Source: Octopus vulgaris
Lineage: Eukaryota
Direction of reading: 5' to 3'
DNA: 64,000 nt
NCBI GenBank assembly: GCA_951406725.2
Contig: OX597814.1
Span: forward strand, 5,270,001-5,334,000
Each line of letters starts with the position of its first letter. The first letter of the stretch is position 1. The position numbers were made by a program, and so were the translations under genes. The notes under the pieces were generated by a model, which saw only the letters and a list, made by a program, of their open reading frames with translations, had not been told where the DNA came from and ran no database searches. Positions 53,006-64,000 of this stretch are shown here, one piece after another.

Positions 53006-53459
53006 GTGTGTTACAGAGTTTTAGGACTTTCAATTCTGTTTATTTTATATTTTTACTTCTAATATTAATTATATAAATATATGCATGTATACACATACAC
53101 ACACACACACATATAAACATATATATATATATAACTCCAAGAAAGTTAGGGGTTTTGGGCCCAACCCACAAAGGGATAATACCTATCTAATATACTGTTG
53201 GTATAACACCCAATTATTAATACACAAGTGTTTTTAATTGCATTGCAATTAACTTACCTATTGTATTAAATGGGTGAAGGTAAAGAGGTATTTTACCATT
53301 AATTTATATTGCAAATAAGAAAATGGAGGAACACAATAGTTGGTTCATCAAATTTAGGACATTAAAATGTTAACTTGTTTATTTATCAACACGACAACCA
53401 TAATAATATACATACATTTTCTTATTTGCTATATATATATATATTTTTTCTCTTCTTAG

Positions 53460-53728
53460 CCACAGCATTTGGTGAAGGTGTTTATTTTGCCAGAGACATC
53501 CAATATTCTGCAAGTGATGCCTATTCTACTCCTGACCATCACGGAACAAAGAGAATATACCAATGCAGTGTTCTTGCGGGAAGAGTGATGCAAGGACAGC
53601 GTGGATTAAAAGTTTTACAGGAATCTTACAATTCTGCTGTTGATAATATTCAAACACCCAATATTTATGTTATTTTCCATGACTTTCAGGCATATCCTAA
53701 TTATTTGATTACATTCTCTAATCAGTGA
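53460..53728 (+). CDS. macro-PARP: last exon of catalytic domain
   Basis: tag|(A)TAFGEGVYFARD...YNSAVDNIQTPNIYVIFHDFQAYPNYLITFSNQ*; candidate AATAAA at 53848-53853. Confidence 0.95.
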
Positions 53729-54054
53729 ATATAATTGGAATTCATAAAACACATATAATGTGAACAGGAATATATTTAACAGAAGAAAGACTAAGAAAAT
53801 ACAGGAAATTCTCTAATTCTAGGTGCAACCCCAGGGTCTTTTGTAAGAATAAAACTATTCAATAGAATATTTTTCTATCATTCACACAGTGTTGTTGTCA
53901 TTTTCTATCTTTTTTTACTTTAGAAATAATTATTGCTAAATATTAAAATACATGAAGGTGCCTGGCTCAGTGGTTAAAGCATCGGGCTCACAATCATGAG
54001 GTAATGAGTTCAATTTCCAGGCTGGGTTGTGTGTTATGTTCTTGAACAAGAAGG

Positions 54055-54310
54055 GGTATGTGGTGTGTTTGCCTTACAAATTTCTAGGACTTTGGTCTTT
54101 GCTACATTGACTCTAAGGCCTTTTGATTCCAAATCTAGCTTCCACACCTGAAATTTCTTTTCTAGTTCCGGTAGTGATTCTGCTATGAGGGCCAGGTTAT
54201 CAGCATAGAGGAGCTCCCAGGGGCAGCCCATCATGAATTCCTCTGTTATTGCCTGGAGGACTGATGAATAAAAGGGGACGGAGGGCTGAACCTTGTTGGA
54301 ACCCTACTTT
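54055..54310 (-). mobile_element. RTE RT fragment
   Basis: GCPWELLYADNLALIAES. Confidence 0.85.
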
Positions 54311-54319
54311 TTCTACTTC

Positions 54320-54359
<40 letters not shown>

Positions 54360-54458
54360 CGCAGGAGTGGTTGTGTGTAAGTAGCTTGCTAACCAACCAC
54401 ATGGCCACAGTCAAATAACTGAAATAAGTAAGAGAGTAAAAGAGAGAGAGAGAGAGTG

Positions 54459-54515
<57 letters not shown>

Positions 54516-55087
54516 GAATAATAAAGAGGAAGTTCTTGGTATGGTATTATATATATTTGCAAGAACGAGTAGAGATGGCTTCTTGGGGGCAGATAATTTT
54601 TACTTCAATCTTATTAATAATGTTTACAGTGAGTTACTCTGATATGAGTAACTGAAAAATGTATTGTTTTACTGGTTGCTTAAATAACAAAACATTTGTT
54701 TTTACAAGTATACATACAAAAAATATATAATATATACACAAGAAGGGAAAATAATAAAAATAGAAATAAAATTAAAATATGTAAATAAAATATATATAAA
54801 TTCCACTCATGTTTCATGAAACTCTATACCATGAAATATAAGAAATTAAGTATTTAGCAGCCCTGCTTCTTCTCATTTTTTAAAAAGAATTTTCCCAACA
54901 TTCTACACTAGATATCTCCTTTCATGTATAAACATGAGTCATTGTAAAAGTGTTCAGTATCTTTAGGTTAGATTACGTTAGGCGCCGGCTACTCGATAGA
55001 GTAGCCGGTGCCTAACGTAATCTAACCTAAAGTTTTCTTTTCTCTCCTCTTACATGTCTTCAAACATAATTAATTACCTATTTACTT

Positions 55088-55171
55088 ATTCCTGACGAAG
55101 GAGACATTGTCAGTGTGACACCAAAAGATCCATACCTGTTCACTAATGCACTCCAGAAACAGCCATCGAAT
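55088..55171 (+). ncRNA. degenerate hammerhead-ribozyme-like motif
   Basis: attc-CTGACGA-aggag...ctcca-GAAAC-agcc-ATC-gaat. Confidence 0.5.
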
Positions 55172-56910
55172 TGCTTCATATTGATGTTATAACTTTCTAT
55201 AAAGATTTCTTTGGAACTTCTCTAAACTTTTAAATCCATCATTAGGATTTCTCACTGCTGCCGATGTATCTTACAACTTTTAATCCTTAATTCAACGTTT
55301 TGTAAACCTTAAATCTAATATGATTTTTAATCGATATATCGATATATATGATTTTTATATCGATTGAACCGATCCTGGCTGGTTCGGTTCAATCGAAATC
55401 GAATTGAACCAGCCAGGATCCCTGGTCTGGTGGTACGTAAAAAGCACGATCCCACTCGTGGCCGATGCCAGCGCCGCCTCGACTGGCTTCTGTGCCGGTG
55501 GCATGTAATATACACCAATCCGACCGTGGCCGTTGCCAGCCTCGCCTGGCACCGGTGCAGGTGGCACGTAAAAAGCACCCACTACACTCACGGAGTGGTT
55601 GGCGTTAGGAAGGGCATGCAGCTGTAGAAACACTGCCAGATAAGACTGGAGCCTGGTGCAGCCTTCTGGCTTCCCAGATCTCCGGTCGAACCATCCAACC
55701 CATGCTAGCATGGAGAACGGACGTTAAACGATGATGATGATGATATCAACCTTTATTTATTTATCGTTTTCACCAATATTTTTACCTCATATGCGAGATA
55801 GCTGTTGAGACTGCACTAGATTCATCCGACCTTTCAACAGGTCTTGTTTTCAAACCTGCTGGGTTTCTGGGAACCCTTGTCACCAGGGTAGCCTGGTGGA
55901 GTGCTGGTTTAGTCAACAACAACCCAAACATGCAACATGTTGTACTGGATTCCACGTTACCAGTAGCACTTATGAGAACCTCATAAGTGACCTGACACAC
56001 ATACATACACATACTAATATAATTGTATATCTCTCAACTTTTATATCTGCAATTACGTTTCAATGAAAAATTACATACTCTAAAGTGATACCACTGCAGG
56101 TTATATTTGTTTGTCTCTTTTACTAATATATATCTACCAGCTCAATGATGTACCACTTATAGCCATCTTTGATAGGCAGCTTCAACAACACTTTCATTTA
56201 AGTTGTTGTTCAAGCCAGAGTTTTAGTGGTAAAACAGCCTGTGTGCTCATAGTACATACGTATTACATTGTCATTAGACAAAGTTTTTTTGTAAATATAT
56301 ATATGTGTATATGTGTGTGTTTTTTTAAATTCGTTTTCTTGTTTTAGTCTTTTCACTGTGGCCATGCTGGAGCACTGCCTTTAGTCAAACAAATCGACCC
56401 AAGGACTCATTCTTTGTAAGTTTAGTACTTATTTTATCAGTATCTTTTGCCGAACTACTAAGTTATGGGGACATAAATGCACCAACTTCAGTGTCAAGTG
56501 ATGGTGGGGTGGAACAAACACAGAGACACAAATACACACACACATACATAATAGGCTTCCTTCAGTTTCCATCTACCAAATCCACTGATAAGGCTTTGGT
56601 CAGCCCAAAGTTATACTAGAAGACACTTGCCCAAAGTGCTACACAGTAGAACTGAACCTGTAACCATGTGATTGGGAAGCAAGCTTCTTACCACACTGTC
56701 ACTCCTCTGCCTATATAAATATATATATATTATATATACAAATTGAGAAAGGGGTTGTAAATGCAACCCTCCATGGGATAACGTATATCCAATATACTGC
56801 TAGTGAAGTACCCAACAAAGTTAATACATAAATGTTAATAATTGCGATGCAATCAATTCATTTACTGTATTATATGGGCAAAGGTAAAATGATTTACCAC
56901 AAATTACTAA

Positions 56911-57940
56911 TACAAGATAAGAAAATGGAGAAATACATCTAAATCAAATATCAATTACCAGAAAATACTCAATCACATACTTTATTAAACCACCACATAA
57001 GAGACTGTAGGGTTAAATATAAAAAGCAGAACAAATCAGTGTACATCAATGTACATAAAAAAGTGTACATAAAAGAGTAACGTTGTATAATAAGTAGAAT
57101 ATATATATAAAAAAGAGAATATAAATATAAGTAAATATAAACATAAGTATAGATTACATCTTACAGCTGTTTCGGCCATGTCGATAAGTATGTCTCATTT
57201 TACCAATATTAGCCCTTTATGGTTGGTCAATATATAGATATAAATGAGACATTTACAAAAATATCATAAGGCCTCTTCGGAGATTATGTAATATAACTCA
57301 GTCTAAATATATACCCACATGGGTGTGGGTGCGTACCCACAATACAACATATACATATACATATGAGTGCATATACTCACACTCTTATACATATAAAAAT
57401 ATACATTTACATAATGATATAAATAAATAATATAAATTAGTAAACATATATATGTGTTCCACACTCAATGTCTCAGTTTTTCAACTTAATATTGTGATAA
57501 TAAACATACACAAATTAGTACCTAGATGCAAATATACATAGTCAATAGTACATTATATTACTTCATAATAATTTCTAAAGTGTCATTAAAGTTAGCATCA
57601 TTATCGTTGTCAATACCATTAATGTTATCATTATTATCATTCATAATATTATTAATAACTCTTACATTAGGATCCAGAGCGGAATATATGTATGTCCGTG
57701 TTCCAGTTAATAATTTTCCTTATATTTATATTCTCTTTTATATATATTCTACTTATTATACAACATTACTCTTTTATGTACACTTTTTTATGTACATTCC
57801 TTTATGTACACTGATTTGTTCTGCTTTTTATATTTAACCCTACAGTCTCTTATGTGGTGGTTTAATAAAGCATGTGATTGAGTATTATCTGGTAATTGAT
57901 ATTTGATTTAGATGTATTTCTCCATTTTCTTATCTTGTAT
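56911..57940. repeat. ~220-bp inverted repeat (56911-57129 / 57720-57940) enclosing a hammerhead-like motif; probable non-autonomous Penelope-type element
   Basis: TACAAGATAAGAAAATGGAGAAATACATC... mirrored by ...GATGTATTTCTCCATTTTCTTATCTTGTA. Confidence 0.85.
57152..57292 (-). ncRNA. type I hammerhead-ribozyme-like motif with long stem II
   Basis: attacataatct-CCGAAGA-ggcc...ggcc-GAAAC-agct-GTA-agatgtaat on the minus strand. Confidence 0.6.
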
Positions 57941-58184
57941 ATACATTATATATAAAGGGTAAACTTAATTACTTAATAATTTTACCAAGTAGTTTGGTAT
58001 GTTAAAAGAACCATTAATGGTAAACTTATACAAAAATTCTATAATTATGAGTATAATTATAATTAGGGTTCAGCAGAATTTGCTTCACCACATACTGAAA
58101 TTTAGAATTTCTAAATTTCGGTATGTGATGAAGCAAATTTTTGCTGAACCCTAATTATAATTATACTCATAGGTATAAAAGTTT

Positions 58185-58227
<43 letters not shown>

Positions 58228-58799
58228 CATCATCATCAGAGTCCAGAGTGCTAACCATTACATATATATATATATATATATATATATGAGTTCTTATATT
58301 TGTGTGTATGTATGTATGTACGCACACACAAAAACACACACACACATGTGACTGGCTTCATTTCCGTCTGCCATATCCACTGACAAGTCTGAGATGAAGA
58401 GAATTGAAGTCACCTGCTAAAAGTACATTGGTCCTGAAGGCCGGCCTCATTTGGGGCTTGACCTATGAGTGACAAAGCAGCTTCGAAATGATCTCCATGC
58501 TTATCTGCATCAGGAAAACAATTTGATAATGCCTGTGTTGAAACTGAGGTCAATCACGAGCATTTCTTATTTCTTTACAACCCACAAGGGGCTAAACATA
58601 GAGGGGACAAACAAGGACAGACAAACAGATTAAGTCAATTATATCGACCCCAGTGCGTAACTGGTACTTAACTTATCGACCCCGAAAGGATGAAAGCAAA
58701 TTCGACCTCGGTGGAATTTGAACTCAGAACGTAACTGCAGACGAAATACTGCTAAGCATTTCACCCAGCGTGCTAACGTGTCTGCCAGCTCGCCACACA

Positions 58800-59300
58800 A
58801 TGTGTTGGTATGGGACATTTGTTGCCTGGTCTCCTTGGATAAAGATCACTATTTCTCTTTGTGTTGATATTCTGTCGTCAGTTCTCAGTTGTACATAACC
58901 TCACATATGTACTTCTGCATCCAATATGTTTGGGGTTAAGGCGGAAAGCTGACAGAAACGTTAGCATGCCAGGCGATATGCTCAGCGGTATTTTGTCTGT
59001 CTTTATGTTCTGAGTTCAAACTCTGCCAAGGTCGACTTTGCCTTTCATCCTTTCGGTGGTCGATAAATTAAGTACCAGTTGTATACTGGGGTCAATCTAA
59101 TCAACTGACCTCCCCTCTCCAACAATCTCAGGCCTTGCACCTAGAGTAGAAAAGAATGTTTGGGGTTAGGTGTGTTTCACTTAGTGCTATACACATTGTC
59201 CTTTCTTGCAGTGCAAGGTCTCTAAGATATGATACTTTTGTTTGATTTGTGAAGAGTGAAAGACCTTGTACATTCGGTATCATTATAGAGTTGAGTATGT
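58800..59300 (-). mobile_element. LINE APE-endonuclease N-terminal remnant interrupted by a SINE (58939-59155)
   Basis: NVQGL.....K...L......CIALSETHL; TSD ATGTTTGGGGTTA at 58926-58938 and 59156-59168. Confidence 0.7.
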
Positions 59301-60114
59301 GGGTCAATAAAAGCAATGGTGTGGTTGTGCACAGGGGTAATAGCAGTGGTTGGTGCCGTGTAAAAGCTAGAAGTTTGTTTTCCCATTTCTTTGCTAGATT
59401 CATCACCATTAAAAAAGAATTTTCTTGTTTTGGAAGGGGTTGTCATCTGGAGTTGGTATGGTTGCACTGTTAAATATGCTTAGAGTTATACTGTTTGCGG
59501 CTGTTGATTTTACTATTGTACCCAGCAGATATCTGGGTGATTTCTGGGTTTCCATGAAAGTCTGGACAAACGCTGTCACTGTTAGGGATGTTTCAATTAT
59601 GGTTTTGTTGGTGGTTTGGTATCATGCATCGAGTTCCTGGAAGATGAGTGAAGTGAGTGTTGCACATCAGAAATAATCTTTTATGTTGGGAAAAGCAGCA
59701 GATTTTAATTTTCCATGTTACATGTGTAGAAACAACAAAGTTTGATTTGGTATTTGGTGGTGGTGATGGTGGTGGTGGTGGTGGTGTAATATGTGTGCTT
59801 TGGCATTGGAGGGTGTTGCTTGTATGAATGCTGTGTCTTGTCACAGGCAAATGGGTGAAGTTGCCATCAGTGCATATGCATAGTCTCTCATGTTGAGAAC
59901 AATGGTATATTCTGGGGTTTTGTGTGTTCATAAATTTTGCTTTATTTACAGTTGGAAGATTTATCATGGAACAGTGAGGCATGAATTCATATTAAAGTGG
60001 ACAGTGGGATGGGGGGAAGAAAGGAATGGGTTTTCACTAACTGAAGTAGTAGTAGTGGTAATGGTAGGAGTGGTATCTCTCCTTCCTGTGTTACCTCCCA
60101 TATCTCTTTCCCAG

Positions 60115-61915
60115 TTTTCAGAGTTGGCACTGTAAATGTAGGTACATTGAAAGGTAAGTCTAGTGCGATTGTAGAGATGCTTGAATGGAGACATGCTGAT
60201 GTATGTTGCATACAAGAGGTAAGGTGGAGAGGAGCTTCAGCCAGAGTCCTCACAGGCAAAGAACATAGGTATAAACTCTTCTGGGAAGGTAACTGTGATG
60301 GAATAGGAGGTGTGGGCATACTTTTTGAAGAGAAATGGATGGATAAGGTCATAGAGGTAGTGAGGGTGTACGACAGAGTGCTTAAACTCAGGCTAGTCTT
60401 ACAAAATGGTATAGCTACAATTATCTCTGCCTACGCTCCACAAGTGGGTCAACCAAATTAACAGAAAGATCACTTTTATGATATTCTTCTGCGGGCTACC
60501 TCAAAGACGAGTGACAATGATTTCATCTTTGTGGCTGGAATTTTAATGGGCATGTTGGACAGCAACCTGGTATCTACCATGGTGTACATGGCAGCCATGG
60601 AGTTTGTACCAGAAATGAAGAGGGAACTAGGCTCCTGGAGTTCTGTGATGCAAATAACCTATTGATCTACAACACCAACTTCAGGAAGCCAGCCAGCCAC
60701 ATGATAACCTATGAATCGGATAACTCTTCTTGCCAGATTGATTTCATTCTCATGAGACAACGGGATACATGGCTGCTTTTAAATACAAAGACCCTCCCTG
60801 GTGAAGAATGTACCCCACAGCATAGACTCGTTATTAGTGACTTCAGACTTGAGGCCAGAAGGATGCCAAAAAGCAGATCAATCTGGAAAGAAGAATTTGG
60901 AAGCTTAAGAACCCTTCACATGGTCAGATATTTAGGGACATCATCACCGACAAATCTGATGAGAGGGTGGAGGAGCTACAGTCCTGTGACGTAGAAGGCA
61001 GCTGGGAATTCCTGCAAGTCTGTTTGCTGAGCACCACAGACCAAATCTGTGGCACTGGTGCAAAGTCCCTTCCAGACCTAGGGTAACATGGTGGTGGAAC
61101 ATTATTGTAGACAGGTCTATAAGAGCAAAGAGACAGGCTTGGAAGGCCTGTAAGAGTGGGGGTAGCAGGAGACTGTATCAGATAGCCAAAAAGGGAAACT
61201 AAGAGACAGGTGTATATAGCCAAGGAGTAGCAGAAAAGAAGAAGTTTGCCAATGTTCAGCAAGGTGAGAACTAAAGAACTGAAGTATTTCGGATTGCAAG
61301 ACAGTGTGTGAGAGAAAACCGTGATGTCATAAAAGAGAAATGTGTTTGCATGGATGATGGTGTCCTTGTGTTTAATGATTCTGCAAAGAAAGAGGCTTGG
61401 AGATGCCATTGTAAAAGAGTACTGAATGTGGAGAATGAATGGGAGGAAGAGAGTCTGTCAAAGGTTGACCCAGTAGAGGGACGAGCTACCCAAATCGACA
61501 GTACCCTGGTAGATAACGCAATTAAGGATATGGAGACAGGAAAATCCCCCGGCCCATCAGGAATCACTGCTGAGATGCTTAACATATCTGGTGACGTATG
61601 TTATGGTCTTGTCACCCATACCGTAAATCAGGTTGTTTATGAAGGAGTCATACCCAATGACTGGTGTAGCAGCACCATAGTCAACTGCTACAAGGGGAAA
61701 AGTGATGTTTTTGCTAGAAATAACTACAGCGGTATCAAATTATTGGATCGGGTGATGAAAGTTACAGAGAGGGTCATAGCCCAACTGATTAGCGAGAGAG
61801 TTAGTCTAGATGAGATGCAGTTTGGTTTTGTGCCAGGCAGAAGCACCACTGATGTTATATTTCTGGTAAAGCAACTGCAGGAGAAATACCTAGCCAAAGA
61901 TAAATCTGACCTTGG
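60115..61915 (+). mobile_element. RTE LINE 5' two-thirds (APE and RT start), decayed
   Basis: DVCCIQEVRWRG, ISAYAPQVG, QIDFIL, TPQHRLV, GKSPGPSGITAE, MQFGFVPGRSTTD. Confidence 0.92.
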
Positions 61916-64000
61916 ACCTTGAAAGTTTGCATGAATCCTGGCTCAGTTAAATCTCTTGTGGCTCCAAATGATGTCACCTGTAATGCACCGTTGTATTGTC
62001 TAATTCTGTTTTGGAAATCTTGGAATCTTGGCAATTAATGAAAACAGTTTCTTAAATGACTCTGGAGGTTGGGGGATTGCAGGGAGTTTAACATTTCCAC
62101 CCCTGCAGCACAGTGCAAGTGTCTCTCCAGGCCACTTCCTTGCTTTACAATGCTTGCACTCAGTTGTCATTGCACCAATGGAAACTCTAGTGCTTTTTTC
62201 TTGTTCCTTTGATATTGACTCTGGTTCACTGACAAATTTCGGTTCAACCTGTACAATTCTTTATTTTCCGTAGAAGTTTCTTATTTACTTTCTGTCTGTT
62301 ACCCAGTTATTTTCATTGTTTACTATCTTCTGCACCTGTGTATTTCTGTATACTTATGTAACCATGCCTAGAAGGAAAGTGTCAAATTTGTCTGCAATGT
62401 CAAGGTCAGCCAAAAGAATGTCTCTGTGAGACAGCTGCGGAAAGATACAATCAATTTCTGAAACTTACTTCACAAAGAGTTGTGTCCCTTATCAACATAA
62501 CCCAGGGATGGGTATTTTCTGCTTCCAAGGAGCCCATTACTCATTATTTGAAGAATTTTAAGAGTCTGACGCCACACCTGGAACATAAGTAATGTATGTT
62601 CACAGTTTGGGGAAAATCAGTTGAAAAATACGGCCGTTATAATCTTTTACACACACAGAAAGGGATTTATATTATAGATGTATATATATATATATATGTG
62701 TGTCTGTATATATATGAATATGTGTGTGTGTCTGTGTTTCTACCCCCACCATTGATTGACAACCGATTTTACTGTGCTTATATCCCCATAACTTAGCTAT
62801 TTGTCAAAGTACACCGATAGACTAAGTACTAGGCTTACAAAGAATAAATCCTGTAGTTGATTTCTTCAACTTTAAGGTGGTGCTCCAGCATGGCTGGAGT
62901 CATGTTACTAAAACATGTAAAACAATAAAAATCTGTACCATTTTAATCCCAAGCAATGCTAGGTAGGTGTCTCTGCTAGTATATATATGTATATATATAT
63001 ATATATGAATTAATATAAGGAATTAATAGAAATAAAGATAAAGGAACACTAATTTCTAAATCAACTTCATCGGCTTACAGTTGTTTCTGCTATGGGTAGC
63101 TGTGCAATTAGTGATGTGTGTTTGTGCATCTGCTTCTAACTTCCTTGGTTATATATCACCATGATCTTCTTGTCATCATCGTTATGTAGCGTCCTTTCTC
63201 CAGGCTGGGTTGGACAGTTTGATAGGATCCAGTGGCTGCAAGGACTGCATTGCACTTCAGTATCTGCTTTGGTGGGATTTCTACGACGTGATGCCCTTCT
63301 TAATGCAATAACATTTGCAGAGTTTACTGGGTGCTTTTTTATGTCCCTAGCACTTGTGTGCCTCAGAGAGAGATAATTACTCCACACGGTAGTGAGACGT
63401 GAGCCCTGAATGCAGAGGACATACGAAGGTTAGAAAAGAATGAGGTTAGTCTGCTCCACTGGATGTGTAATGTAAGTGTACTTATTCGACAGAGTGCCAG
63501 TGTTCTGAGAGAGAAGTTAGGCAGAAAAGGGAATTTGTTGCTGTGTGCAAAGGGGGTGACTGTACTGGTTTGGTCATGTGATGTGGATGGATTCCGACAG
63601 CTCCTGTTGTCTTTGTCGTAATTTTCACTGACCTGGTTTTCTCCTCTAACCCTGATCTCTTTATTGTCGTTGCTGTTCTTCTTTCTATGCTTGTTGCTGC
63701 TGTTGTTGTTTTCCTCTTTGTAATCAATTCTCTCTATAGTCATGATGACTCAGCTGTCATAGTCTTTGTGTGTCCCAACATTTTGTAATCTGAGAAATGG
63801 GATTATCTGATCTCAGCTGCATGTTTTGCTGCTGCTGTTGGCCTATTTTGTGCGAAAGCTCTCTAAAGAGTTCAGTGGATTGGTATTGGGGTTGGTGTTC
63901 TATGTATTGAATCAACATTATGAACATCCTTTAATGTCATTTGTCCATGTTGTCAATCATTGGAGGTGTGACCCGAGCTCGCAAGCTGGGGAGTAGGCTG

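Noticed and set aside
63075-63150. Another GAAAC-AACT-GTA hammerhead half on the minus strand
   Set aside because: No matching CUGANGA core or stems found upstream.

Overview
AT-rich, microsatellite- and transposon-dense animal genomic DNA. The SINE and RTE-LINE repertoire and gene structure point to an octopus or related cephalopod (inference from recalled repeat families). Two spliced genes, both reconstructed by hand with GT-AG junctions and consistent phases, face away from each other. On the minus strand are four 5' exons of an ANKRD26-like ankyrin gene (15018 to 1966, continuing off the left edge), with a consensus RFX X-box upstream. On the plus strand is a macro-macro-PARP (PARP14/15-like, H-Y-I mono-ADP-ribosyltransferase, no WWE found) gene of 11 exons (32277-53728); its 5' end is unresolved. 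Its two macrodomain cassettes are nearly identical including introns, while the flanking linker exons are strongly diverged. The rest is decayed RTE, CR1 and Penelope retroelements, mariner, Helitron, MITEs and SINEs. Most notable non-coding structure: about eight hammerhead-ribozyme-like motifs, some next to Penelope remnants, a 134-bp MITE-derived tandem array, an ~810-bp palindrome and several near-perfect fold-back hairpins. Most entries in the ORF track are spurious or transposon fragments. Nothing was database-searched; TE boundaries are approximate.
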